From positions 23,599 to 87,598 of the forward strand of contig MU626343.1 of assembly GCA_025603075.1 (NCBI GenBank): 64,000 bases of DNA, given 5' to 3'. Positions 1 to 11,669 of this stretch are shown here, piece after piece. The first letter of the stretch is position 1, and every line of letters begins with the position of its first letter. This stretch comes from Neoconidiobolus thromboides FSU 785 (lineage: Eukaryota; Fungi; Entomophthoromycota). The notes under the pieces are model-generated. The model had not been told where the DNA came from. It saw nothing but the letters and a program-made list of their open reading frames with translations, and ran no database searches. Both the position numbers and the translations under genes were made by a program.

Positions 1-1874
1 GCTTCAAATTGTTTAATTAAGTTCAAACCATGATTATTAAAATTTAAAATATAAATTTTGTTTACTGCTACTAACCATAAGAAGGTATTTTTAACCAATA
101 ATAATTGTTGTATTTTATAATTACATATTGTCAATGTGTTAATTAACTCAAATGTATCTTGATGATATATACTTAATTTACCATCTTGATGGGCAATTAA
201 TATAATTTCTTTTTTTATATAATTTAATATACCCGTTATATTAGCTTGATTATAATTTAGATTAATTTTGTTTGTTAATTCAATTTGTTGATAATCTAAT
301 TGAAATATTAGTATTGTTTTTCCATAACAGTACCATAATTTATTATCTTCTGTTATTATTATATTATTGTTAATTTCTATAGAATGATTATTATTATTTA
401 ATGTATTTTCATAAATAGTAAAATCCAACTTTAATTTAATATTTTCGTTTAAATCCATTAAATTAAAATAATAGATGATTGATTGATTTGTAATTGAAAT
501 TAACTCCTCCTTATTATTTAATAGATTCATTATAAATGTCATATTCTTTTTCTTTCTTAATATGTAATATTGTTTTAACTCTAAATCCCATAGTATTAAT
601 AACCCATCATTAAATCCAATTAATATTTTATCCTTCGTTTTTAAATAATTAAAGCTAATAATTTCATTATTATTATTTATAATTCCCATCAAATGACTAT
701 TAAAATTAATTTCTTTTAATAATCCACTTGTTGTTATATCATATAATTTTAACTGTTGGTTAGTAGCTACATATAATTTCCCTCGAATCGTTAATGAACA
801 TCGATTATTTCCTTTGGAAAATAAATCTTGATATCCAATATAAGGTAATGTTGGATTATTTTCATTTTCCATATATACTTTGTTACTTCTCTTTAATACT
901 TCTCGCCATTGTGAATGATTTCCAATACCACTGTAATTACTTTGATGTCTGATTGAAGGTTTACTACTCAATTGGGGTTTACTATTTGCCTGATTTAACT
1001 TTGGTTTAGGTGGTAACATTGGTTTATTAGTTGTTGTTGTGCTGTTGACAATTACATTAAGCTTTGGTTTACTAGGTAACTCTGGCACTTTTCTTTGAGT
1101 CCCTAAACTTCCACTACTTTCCGTCGTAGAGCCAGTACTATTTTCCCTTGACATATATACTTTATTAATTACTTTTGGTGAATTCAAACCAACATTTATT
1201 TGTGGTATTTGTTTATTAATTCCCGTACTCAAGTTGCTCGTCCCTGTAGAACTAGTACTATTTTCTCGTGACATCAATACTTTTCTAATAACATTAGATG
1301 AATTTAAACTTGAATCTATCTCTGGTATTTGTTTTTTGATTCCTAAATTTACATTGCTTTCTCCAACACTATTATCCCTTGGAATGTTTATTCTATCGAT
1401 TACTTTTGGTGAACTCAGGTTGACATTTATCTCTGGTATTTGTTTTTTGATTCCTAAACTTCCATTACTTTCCTCTTTATATCCACCGCTATTTTCCCTT
1501 GACATACTTACCTTAGTAATAATTTTTGGAGAATTTAATGTCGAGTTGGTTGTAAAACTTACTGGTGAAATAACAGTATTAATTCCTTCGGTCCCTTGTC
1601 CACTTTCACTTTCATCAAGAAATGGGTTTTCGATTTCCATCATATGTTTTAATTGAATTTCTGGTTTCTTTTTAAAGCTTTGTGGTTGAAATAATGCCCC
1701 TTGTTCAAAACTAGGTTTTGGTGAACTATTGTTCTTCATCTTTGGTAAAATCCCTTGGATCATGACTGCTCCTTTTGGGTCGAGAGTTGGGCTATGTGAA
1801 TGGGGTTGAAGGGTTGTGGAATTGTTTAATTTCAACCGTTCAATACGTTGTCTTACGGATAAGGTTTCTTCCAT
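1..1874 (-). CDS. 5' part of a probable inositol polyphosphate 5-phosphatase (fungal WD40 + IPPc type); runs off the left edge
   Basis: Hand translation from ATG at 1874 (MEETLSVRQRIERLKLN) is stop-free to position 1, so the ORF track misses it. It has a Pro-rich N-terminus (PELPSKPKL, PMLPPKPKL), then AHQDGKLSIY..TFELINTLTICNYKIQQL..FLWL..KIYIL..KQFEA, which resembles the GHEDGKVTIY..VYKI..LW..IYVY..W.AH beta-propeller of this fungal family. The catalytic domain is outside the window. Confidence 0.6.
   Translation of the reverse strand, partial: MEETLSVRQRIERLKLNNSTTLQPHSHSPTLDPKGAVMIQGILPKMKNNSSPKPSFEQGALFQPQSFKKKPEIQLKHMMEIENPFLDESESGQGTEGINTVISPVSFTTNSTLNSPKIITKVSMSRENSGGYKEESNGSLGIKKQIPEINVNLSSPKVIDRINIPRDNSVGESNVNLGIKKQIPEIDSSLNSSNVIRKVLMSRENSTSSTGTSNLSTGINKQIPQINVGLNSPKVINKVYMSRENSTGSTTESSGSLGTQRKVPELPSKPKLNVIVNSTTTTNKPMLPPKPKLNQANSKPQLSSKPSIRHQSNYSGIGNHSQWREVLKRSNKVYMENENNPTLPYIGYQDLFSKGNNRCSLTIRGKLYVATNQQLKLYDITTSGLLKEINFNSHLMGIINNNNEIISFNYLKTKDKILIGFNDGLLILWDLELKQYYILRKKKNMTFIMNLLNNKEELISITNQSIIYYFNLMDLNENIKLKLDFTIYENTLNNNNHSIEINNNIIITEDNKLWYCYGKTILIFQLDYQQIELTNKINLNYNQANITGILNYIKKEIILIAHQDGKLSIYHQDTFELINTLTICNYKIQQLLLVKNTFLWLVAVNKIYILNFNNHGLNLIKQFE
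1080..1545 (-). repeat. Intragenic tandem repeat, about 4 units of 37-40 aa (111-120 nt)
   Basis: Units start at 1454, 1343, 1223 and 1103: GIKKQIPEIN..LSSPKVI, GIKKQIPEID..LNSSNVIRKVLMSRENS, GINKQIPQIN..LNSPKVINKVYMSRENS, GTQRKVPEL. Confidence 0.85.
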
Positions 1875-2470
1875 TTTATATTTTGCGGTGCTTTTATTTA
1901 TTATGTTAATTATTTAAGATATTATTTAGATTACAAAAAAAATAAAGGGTAAACTGTCCAACTTTACTTATTTTTACAATTATTCCATTATTATTCCCTT
2001 AAATTCATATTTCCCCACTGCGAAGCTTCAAGTTACCCCTAAGTTTGAATTTTAATTCATGCTAAAAGTTGATTGGTGAGAACTAATTTAAGGAACCAAG
2101 AACTTTTGGTAAAAGAAAAAAATTAATTGTGAAATTAATATAGCATTGATAGTAATATAATATTAATAACAGTAATATAATAATGGGAGTAGTAGTATAA
2201 CGACACAAGTATTAATATAATAGTAAAAATTTACTAATAATAGTGACACTTAGATCAATATAGAATAATTGTTGGTCAAAGAAATTCTTTAATCATTTAC
2301 TAAGAATTTCATTAAATTATAAAAATAACTTTTAAAATTAACCTAATAGAAAAAAAGTACATAGCGCTATTTTTAACTCTTATTTTATAAATAAACATCC
2401 TACGATTATTAACTAAATTATTATTATTATTTTTATATTGATGATGTTATGTTTCTTATTGTGTTTCATC

Positions 2471-2676
2471 ATATGTGAATATATTTTTGTTTAAGAATTT
2501 TACTAACAGTCTTTCCACTCAAATAGCGCTTAAAAAATGGAAAAAGTAATGAAACCAAAAAACATCACAATATGAGAGTGTTTTTTTTAACTTTATTATT
2601 TTTTCCGTTTTCTAAGCGCCATTTAAGCGGAAATTTTGTTGGTAAAATTCTTAAACACAAAAATACATCCCCATAT
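2471..2676. mobile_element. Two family-A MITEs in inverted orientation sharing a central ATAT (2471-2573 and 2570-2676)
   Basis: ATAT-[A forward]-ATAT-[A reverse]-ATAT; both match the consensus GGGGATGTATTTTTGTGTTTAAGAATTTTACTAAC..CTCAAATAGCGCTTAAAAAATGGAAAAAGTAATGAA..AAAAAAACAYYCCC. Confidence 0.85.
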
Positions 2677-3130
2677 ATTCTTTTTGTCATATATATATTT
2701 TAAAATATAATGCATTTTAATTCCCTTAGAGATAGTATCATAAGTAATAAAGAATAATATTTTAATAAACTTTTTTAGCAAAATGCATTTTTTATTCTAC
2801 ATAATATTAAAAACTAGATTATTACATTAAATAAGGGATTGTAATTAAATAATAAAACCGATCTAGCTATTAATTAGTGTATATCAATTAATAGTCAAAA
2901 TACATATTATAATAAAGCCTTTTAACATCATAAATATAATGCTGTTATCTTCAAAATAGACAAGTTCCTGCCATTAAGTAGATATAAAATTTATTCAAAT
3001 ATTGACTTGTAATCAATATCAGCTATTCAAAAAAATATACCTTATTTAGCTCAGGACTTTTTTATTCAACTAAATTTAATTTAGACTATAAAATTAGCTA
3101 TAAAAGTTCAAAATGAAAATTTATAATAGT

Positions 3131-3932
3131 TTATTTTGTATGGGTAATATATTGAGCAAATGGATCATTATCTGGATCCTTGTTGGGTGTATATTCTATA
3201 ATCTTTGAAAACTCATCAGCCTCATTATCATTTTTCATCAATGATAATATATAAAAGGCAGCATCTATACCAGCAGTGACACCAGAAGAAGTAATAAATT
3301 TTTTGTGATGAACCCAGCGAGCATTAGTATGCCAATTAACCTCTGGAAACATTGGGGTGTATTTCGTATAAAGTAACTTATTTGTTGTAGCTTCATGACC
3401 ATTTAATGCACCCGTTTTAGCTAATGCTACTGCCCCAGTACATACTGAAAATACAACTTTCGATTTTTTGATTAATTTTTTATAATCTTCGATAAATTCT
3501 TGATTTTCAATCAAATTATCTACACCAAAACCACCAGGTATTACTAATAAATCCCAATCTTTTTCAATTGCTTGTTTCATACTTAATTCAATATTAAATG
3601 ACATAGTTTTAAACATTGAATATACTGAAGAGTTGGATTTAATTCCTATAGTTTCAACGGACACTATATCAGGTTGTCCTCCTAATACCTCCATTGGCCC
3701 AATTAAATCCAACATTGTAAACTCTTCATATAACATTGCCCCTACCTTATACTTTGGTTGTTTTGGGAAATAAGGCTCAATTATATCTACAATAAAAACA
3801 TAAAAACCTGATTATATATTATTTCATATACTATTTACTTTTAGAGTCACTTGAGATCATGTTATATGAACTATACTCAGCACAATGTACAACGGTTAAT
3901 AAAGTAGCTAAAAGTTTTAAAAATCGTACCAT
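3131..3932 (-). CDS. Secreted DJ-1/PfpI family protein (isocyanide hydratase InhA-like), 249 aa, 2 exons
   Basis: Exon 1 3932-3839 (MVRFLKLLATLLTVVHCAEY.., signal-peptide-like), GT-AG intron 3838-3787, exon 2 3786-3131; total 750 nt, in frame. Motifs TMLDLIGP, LVIPGG, VCTGA, ITSSGVTAGID and C-terminal DPFA. Confidence 0.88.
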
Positions 3933-5361
3933 TTTTTAACAGACTGAATTAAACTAAACTCAAAGTAAATTTTTGTTTGTTTATATTCTTTATATTCATG
4001 CTTTGCTGTTGCCTATCTTTTTTTTTTACCAGCCACAACTAACTATCATTTAACCATTATTTCAGATTTTTTTTGGGATTGATTGGGTATTTCCAACTTA
4101 TTTGTAGAGGCTGTTTTATTCTATTAAGCTGTTTATTAAATTATCATAAATAATGACTTTAATTTATTTTTAGATAGCTTCAATGCTCATTAAAATTAAT
4201 ATTCACTCGGTAATCGCGCGATTAACTAAATATTCATTCTTTTGAAAATATATGTTTGTGATAATGTAGCTATTAAATTTATACATGATTATCACTTGAT
4301 CTGCCTTTCTTATTAACCCTACTCTATTTATTATCAGTTTTTCCGTTTGTTTTATTTTAAAATTACCTACACTTTTTCTCAAAGCATTTGCCATGCTATA
4401 TACTAGTAGGCATACTTTTATATTTTCTTTTAGTAAATCAAGTTCAGTCTAATTTATAGATAAAAAATAAGGAAAAAATAAGAAACAGTAAACTTACTAA
4501 TAAGATATTCAAAGATTATAAAATTACTTTCATTAGACTCTTGAAAGACTTGCTATTACTCTGCTTCAAAATTTGATGATTTTCGATTCTATGTTTTTTA
4601 AAGATAATAGTTTGCAAATTTTTTAAAAATGTGATTTTTCTTATTAATAACCTACCACTTGACTCCATATTTTATCTGATACTTAAGTACCGGACTTGAT
4701 CTGCCAAAAAAGAAACATAGAAAATATATATATAATACATCTAATATGCTAAATATTTTGACAAAAGGTATATTTCAAAGTTATATTAAAAATTTATTAG
4801 CATTAATATAATCTAATTTATAAAAGTTCAGATGAATCTAATCTAATATACACGCCTTTCAACTTTTTTCAAGCTATTTAGTGATAATTTCACAATTAAA
4901 TTATTTTTACATTTTTTAATGTCTAAGCTTTGTAATTTATCAAATTTTGGTCTAAAATTTGTCCTTAAATACGCAATTTATAGTCTATGAAAAAATGAAA
5001 AAGATGTTATCTAAATTAGGATATCTTTGACAGCTTATGATTAACTAGGCAACTATCCACCTTTTGAGATTATAAAATTTCTGAATTAAAGCTTAAAGTT
5101 GTCAATTTGTCTTTATTAGTCATTGCCTTAAAAAGTATAATAAAAGTGTTTTATTTAATGTATAAGACTAGGTTAAACATTCTAATCTTTAAGCTTTTCT
5201 TATTTTTGTGGTTAATATAAGTCAACTTCTATTAAAAATGGATAATAAATGAAACCAAAAAATGTCCTTAAATTGAGTATTAATAAAAAAAGTTATCCTA
5301 ATTGAACTATTGTATTTAGGTACTTTTTATTTCAATTTATTTCAATTAGTTATCATTCTAA

Positions 5362-5829
5362 TGTGAAATATGGTACTCAGTGTTTGGAGTCAAGAACAGC
5401 TATTGCTGGGTTGACTACACTATAAGTCGAAAGGTCTTAGTTTATATGACTAAGATAGACTTGGTTTATGAGGAATAGCACGTAATAGGTTACAAGCTAT
5501 ATAAGACAAATAGAATAAACAATACTAATGTAAAATCTAGGTAAAATATTATTAAGAAAACTTAGTGGCTTTGTTAAATGTTCGAGATATCAGGGAATAA
5601 TTCAGTTGAAAAGCCTCGAACTACTATACCCTGTAAACTCTTTTATACTCTGAAAAGTATAAATATCAAAATGAGAAGATAATAAATATCCTTTGTGATG
5701 GAGCTAGAAATTCTCATAGCAAATCAAACTAAGAACATGGGATTGATTTTCTCTGAACTCAAGAACACAACAGCTTAGGCGATTGTTATGCTATAATTAA
5801 CCATAGGACTGACAAAGCGATATTTCACA
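5362..5829 (+). mobile_element. Family-B element (probable solo LTR), 468 bp
   Basis: Termini TGTGAAATAT..ATATTTCACA; flanks CTAA/CTGA (4-bp TSD, one mismatch); homologous to five other copies in the window. Confidence 0.8.
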
Positions 5830-6701
5830 CTGATTAGGTTAGATCATATAGTATTAAACAGTTAGCCTTGTCTAAAGATAAAAAATTTTATATCCAAGAT
5901 ATTCAATGAGCGTAAAACCAAAAAACGTTGATTTACTAGAAGATAATATGGAGATGTCCAAATTGATTTCGCTTCTTATCTAATTTTTAGATATTTTATA
6001 TTTTATATTTTAAAGCTCCTTAAAATTCTGTAAAAATATTTTTCATTAAAAAGCAAGTACCTGATAGTTTTGAATTATTTTATGATTTATATTGTGAGTT
6101 AGCAGAATTTTTATTAAATTTAATGAAAATCCCTATATTGACAAGGCTTTTATCAATATAACCTATATATTCATGTTAATTAAAGCTATAGTATATAAAT
6201 GAATGAATATTTTTATTGTTAACTACTTTGTAACTAGTATTTCAAATTTATTATTAAATAAATAAACTATCTTAATGCTACAATTACATTACTAACATAC
6301 TATTAAATTAATAAATAGCTGCATCAAAGGGAGTAGTTAGCTTCAGAACTATAATCAAACATCTTTATCTAATGGGGATGCATTTTTAAGTTTAGCAATT
6401 TTATTAGCAATTTTTCCACTTAAATAGCGCTTAAAAGATATTAAATCTTAATAAAAAAAATAACAATGAACATTTATCAGATAATATACATGGGAATGAT
6501 TTTTTTGGTTTCATTACTTTTTCTAAGGTAACTAAATTATTAAATAAATATTATGTAATGATTTTAAGTTATTTATTTTTAATTTTTTTGTATTTTTAGT
6601 AACAGATTGTAATGCTGATATTTTGTTATTGTTAATATTTTGAATAGTTACATTGACTTCTACCTATATTAAATCTAAAACTTTTATATTTACTAAAAAA
6701 A

Positions 6702-6807
6702 ATATAGAGGTGTTTTTTTTAAATTTATCACTATTTCCATTTTTTAAGCACTATTTAAGTGGAAAATTGATAATAAAATTTTTAAACAAAAAAATATATC
6801 CTCATAT
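6702..6807 (-). mobile_element. Family-A MITE
   Basis: Consensus match; same insertion site in element C as the copy at 50434. MITE coordinates include TSDs, +/-3 bp. Confidence 0.8.
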
Positions 6808-6946
6808 ACTAAAACTATAACTGATAATAATGCTACTTATTAGCCTTTGTTTCCCTTTTCCTTTAAAGCATTAATCTTATGCGTTATTTAATTAAGTTTA
6901 CTATCAATGATAATAAAATTAATAAAATTAACAAAATTTTACAAGC

Positions 6947-7410
6947 TGTGAAATATCGCTTTGTCAGTCCCATGGTTAATTATAGCATAACAATTTCCTA
7001 AGTTGTTGTGTTCTCGAGCTCAGAGGAAATCAATCCCACGTTCTTATTTTGATTTGTTATGAGAATTTCTAGTTCCATCCCAAAGAATATTATCTTCTCA
7101 TTTTGATATTTATACTTTTCAGAGTATAAAAGAGTTTACAGAGTATAATAGTTCGAGGCTTTTCAACTGAATTATTCCCTGATATCTCGAACATTTAACA
7201 AAGCCACTAAGTTTTCTTAATAATATTCTACCTAGATTTTACATTAGTATTGTTTATTCTATTTGTCTTATATAGCTTGTAACCTATTACGTGCTATTCC
7301 TCATAAACCAAGTCTATCTTAGTCATATAAACTAAGACCTTTCGACTTATAGTGTAGTCAACCCAGCAATAGCTGTTCTTGACTCCAAACCCTGAGTACC
7401 AGATTTCACA
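6947..7410 (-). mobile_element. Family-B element (probable solo LTR), 464 bp
   Basis: TGTGAAATATCGC..CAGATTTCACA with a perfect 4-bp TSD AAGC on both sides. Confidence 0.88.
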
Positions 7411-7590
7411 AAGCCTTAGATTAATATAAATAGTTGCTAAAATTGATACAAATAGACTCCAATGTTTATATAGTATGCTTTTACTTATTGTATTGATTTT
7501 TAAAAATTCTGTTTTAAAGTTTAGCTATAAATGCTTGAATTTTGTCTTTATTTTAATAAAAAGTAAAATCAAACCATACCTCTATATATT

Positions 7591-7697
7591 ATATGGGGAT
7601 GTCTTTTTTTGCTTCATTACTTTTTCCATCTTTTAAGCGCTGTTTACATGGAAAAATTGTTAGTAAAATTCCTAAATACAAAAATACATCCCCATAT
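7591..7697 (-). mobile_element. Family-A MITE
   Basis: ATAT-GGGGATGTC..CATCCCC-ATAT. Confidence 0.85.
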
Positions 7698-7789
7698 ATT
7701 GTATGTCTATTAAACATTTAATAAAAATAAAATAATAAAAATAAGTCTTTTAAGTTGAACTTTTCTAATTTCAAGCTTTCAAATCAATC

Positions 7790-7896
7790 ATATGGGGATG
7801 CTTTTTTTAGTTTAATTACTTTTTCCATCTTTTAAGCACTATTTGAGTGGAAAGACTGTTGGTAGAAATTTTAAACACAAAAATATACTCCCATAT
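7790..7896 (-). mobile_element. Family-A MITE
   Basis: ATAT-GGGGATGC..TACTCCC-ATAT. Confidence 0.85.
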
Positions 7897-8595
7897 ATTA
7901 AAGACTTACAAATTTAAAAACTTAAAATTTGGTTAATTCAAGTAAATTCTAAAACCAATTTCAACATCCCCATACTCAATCTTTTATTTATCGCAGCTCC
8001 AATTTAAAATCTAAATATTGTTCTTTTATTTAATTTTTAACTTTTTAACTATTAAAGACTCCTTAAATTTTGTTCTACCTAAAAATACACAAAGTATTGG
8101 AACGAAAACATTTTTATTATCAAACTAATATTGATAGCCTTGATATAATGATTTTATAATATCATAGTGCTCAGTATTAAAAGGTATAAAACTATAAAGC
8201 TATAACTAGAGTTATAACAAAAATTCTCTAGTTTGTTTTGATTGAAATTCAGAATACCTAATAGTTTAAAAACATCTTATTTTGATCTACTTTTACTACA
8301 ATACAATGAGATTCATTATGTTTTAATAAAAACAATATACGATTAAAAGTTTAATATTCTCAATACCCTATTAAAAGGGTCATAGAAAAAAATATAACCT
8401 AGAACATAACAAAACGATTTAACTAAATATAAAAATAATATATTTGTCAACTAATCATATATTAATAAATGACTAAATGTATCATTTTTTTCCAGCGTTA
8501 TGAATACAGTGTTATTACGCTTAAAACAAATAAATCACTATTATGAAATGATATAAAGTTTATTTAAATATCGATTTGTTAGTAATCAATATCAA

Positions 8596-9914
8596 TTATT
8601 CGAAAAAGTGTGTTTCACTTGGTTCACGACCTCTAAGAGATTTAGGTTCGGTACCTGGAACATAAATATCCTTCCAGAAACCATCTAAGTTAGGTTCAGC
8701 AGCATTCTTAGCTTGAACGGTAGCTTCATCAACTATAGCTCTAGCCTTCTTTTCGATTTGTTTAATTTCTTGTTCAGTTAAGATTTCATTTTCTAAGAGA
8801 CGTTGTTTTAAACCTTGAATTGGATCAGAATTGGATCTCATATTTTGAATTTCTTCACGGGTACGATAAGTAGTGCCTGGATCAGACATAGAATGGCCAC
8901 CATAACGATAAGTGACCATTTCCATAACTAATGGTCCGTTACCATTAGAAGCATATTCTTTAGCAAATCTACAAGCTTCTTTAACAGCTAATACATCCAT
9001 ACCATTGACCTTTAATCCTGGGATATAATCACCACGTTTAAAGTATTCAGTAGAAGCAGAAGAACGATTAGCTGCAGTACCCATACCATATTTATTGTTT
9101 TCACAAACAAAGATACATGGTAAGTTCCATAATTTAGCCATATTGTAAGCTTCAAATACTTGACCTTGATTGGAAGCACCATCTCCATACATAGCAAAAG
9201 TAACATTTTTACTGCCTTGATACCATTGACCAAAAGCCAAACCAGCTCCAACTGGTACTTGGGCTCCTACAATACCATTACCTCCATAAAAGTTTTTGGC
9301 AAACATATGCATAGATCCTCCTTTACCATAAGAAATACCTTCAACACGACCTAAAATAACGGGTTATTAAAAAATTCAAGGTTAATTTAAAAAAATTACC
9401 AAGTAATTCAGCTAAAATGGATTTAATAGAACCACCACGAGTATAAGTATAACCGTGACAACGATATGCAGTAATAATACGGTCTTCTTTTTCAATAGCT
9501 GATTCCATACCACTTGCAACGGCTTCCTAAAAAGTTTCGATATTAATATTTAATAAAATAAATTTTTACTCCTCGACTTACTTGACCAGTGCAAAGATGG
9601 CAGAAACCACGAATTAATTTACTTTTATATAAAGCATCAGCAGCCATTTCCATTCTACGTACTTCAACCATCTCTTGATATAAACGAATTAACTCTTCTT
9701 TTTCAACTGAAATTTCTAAGTTTGGTCCTTCATTTAATTTGAAAGTTTCGAAAGAGGTTTGTGGTAATGAAATCTTGACAGCTTCAGCAGACCTTAAACT
9801 GGTACTGAATGTACGTAAGTTCTAAATTGTTTGTTAGTTTTTGGGATTTTTTGAGATTTAAGATCTTACCTTGGTAGCAACGGTCTTTAAACTGGCTTTA
9901 TAAAGGTGAAACAT
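8596..9914 (-). CDS. PDA1: Pyruvate dehydrogenase E1 alpha subunit, mitochondrial; 4 exons
   Basis: Exons 9914-9870, 9821-9582, 9526-9400 and 9350-8596 with GT-AG introns. Motifs IRGFCHLCTGQEA, GKGGSMH, YGDGASNQGQ, YRYGGHSMSDPG. Confidence 0.97.
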
Positions 9915-10546
9915 TCTTTTTATAAAACTTCTAATTAGACGGTATTACTATTTATCCTTATCACTGTTAGTATCAAATATTACCTTTATAAATTTTAAAA
10001 AATTTCAAAGATTGTTATCGATTGATAAAAAATTTCGAAGTTCAATTTATAACACTGAGCGTGGGTATTTTTTACAAGCTTTGATTTGTCATTATTTTAA
10101 AATAACCAATCACTTTGTATTGCTTTTGGTTTTGATTACCTATCTTTCTTACAAAAAATTTTGAGTCTCTCCCATAATTTAATCACACCTTAATCTTATT
10201 CCTATTTATCCCTGATTTATTATTTGATAAATAAACTCTGATTATAATATTAAGGGCTTAAGATTATAATATTACTTTTAAATATAACTTATTAGGAAAA
10301 GAAGCTTCTTTAGATTGATACTTAATTGGTATATAAAAGATGATAATAAAACTATTATTTAAATATCTAACTTTTTACTAATTGGCTTTGGACAAGCTCT
10401 ATTTTGATTCCTCTTTGAATTTGAAACTTATACATATCATTAGAAAGCATAACGTTAGTATATATCTCCTAATTTTGAAGTTCCTATTTAATTTCATTTT
10501 TGATCATTTCGTTAGAGTTGATATTATACTAGTTAATAATTAATGA

Positions 10547-10652
10547 ATATGTGGGGATGTCTCTTTTTGTTTAGGAAATTTACTAACATCTTTTCCACTC
10601 AATAGTACTTGAAAAGATGGAAAGATAATGAGCCCAAAAAAAAACACCTCAT
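10547..10652 (+). mobile_element. Family-A MITE
   Basis: GGGGATGTC..CACCTC, consensus match. Confidence 0.8.
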
Positions 10653-11156
10653 AAAATTAAATATAGTATATACAGTTATGAAATAAAATAGCATGAATAC
10701 AAACCAGAAAATAATTTAAATATTTTTCAAGTCTATTTCAATTATTTACTAATAATTTAGTAAACAGAGTATATCTGGTTTAATCTAAAAAAAGCAGTGA
10801 TTTTTAAAATTAGTTATTTAGTTGGTTAATTTCTTAAAGCTTGCCTGCTTAAAAAAACTGATTTACATTGGTATTTGTAATCTAAATTGGAAGATTATTT
10901 ATAAACAAATATAAGTGATATATTGCCATTATTATTGTTATTATTACCTTAATGCCCTATTCTTATATTAATAATATTAAGCTACTATTTATTAAAAGCA
11001 TACTAAAGTAAAAAACGTTAATTATATAATTCTAAAATAAGAGAAAGCTAAAACATTATTTATAAACTTCTAATAATAAATTAATAACTAATATTTAAAT
11101 TTTGTAAAATAAATAAATAGCACTACAATATAAATTTTATCTAAAAATAAATTAGC

Positions 11157-11256
11157 TTATGGGGATGTATTCTTTTTGAGAATTTTACTAACAACTTTCT
11201 GCTTAAATAGCGCTTAAAAAACGGAAAAACTGATGAAATAAAAAAACATCCTCATA
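11157..11256 (+). mobile_element. Family-A MITE
   Basis: GGGGATGTATT..CATCCTC, consensus match. Confidence 0.8.
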
Positions 11257-11669
11257 CCTTGATTTCATTTAACCCCTCTGAGTACTAAAGCCTCAAAGAA
11301 GCTTTCTGATTGGACTACGATTTCTAATCAATTTCATACTGTTAGGTTAATTTCTGAAACTCAATTCTTAAAGGGTTAAGTTGATTTAAAACATGTGGGC
11401 AATGTTTGTCCATGGTACTTAAGTGCCTAGAAAACATTACCGATCTCTAGCCTTTCTACTATAGCGTTAAAAAATAAATTATAGAATCGTTTTATAAGAA
11501 ATTCAAAAAAATTGTACATTTGTTCGTTGTTATCATGACTGTTCAAAGACTTCATAATTTTTTCTACCTTGTGACAAGCTGATTTTTGATCTACTACAAT
11601 TAAGTTTATCATAAAATTAAAATTTTAATTAATAGTTTAAAAGTTTATTGATGTTTTGAGACTGCTGTC

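Larger units (their letters stand above)
5950..7971 (-). mobile_element. Family-C DNA transposon copy, internally deleted, with nested B and A elements
   Basis: Termini GGAGATGTCCAAATTGATTTC (5950) and, reverse-complemented, GGGGATGTTGAAATTGGTTTT (7971); flanks ATAT/ATAC. 6000-6370 is homologous to 48160-48490; 6530-6946 and 7411-7560 are homologous to 50250-51330. Confidence 0.7.

Noticed and set aside
1234-1656. Plus-strand 140-aa ORF and other antisense ORFs (9012, 9160, 15088, 16114, 16417, 28953, 33060, 56004, 60873, 61185, 62382)
   Set aside because: Shadows or alternative frames of well-supported genes.
7591-7896. TA target duplication (Tc1/mariner-type) for family A
   Set aside because: It fits the ATAT-flanked copies but not the AAAT, ATTT and ATCT direct repeats, which require a 4-bp TSD with GG..CC termini.
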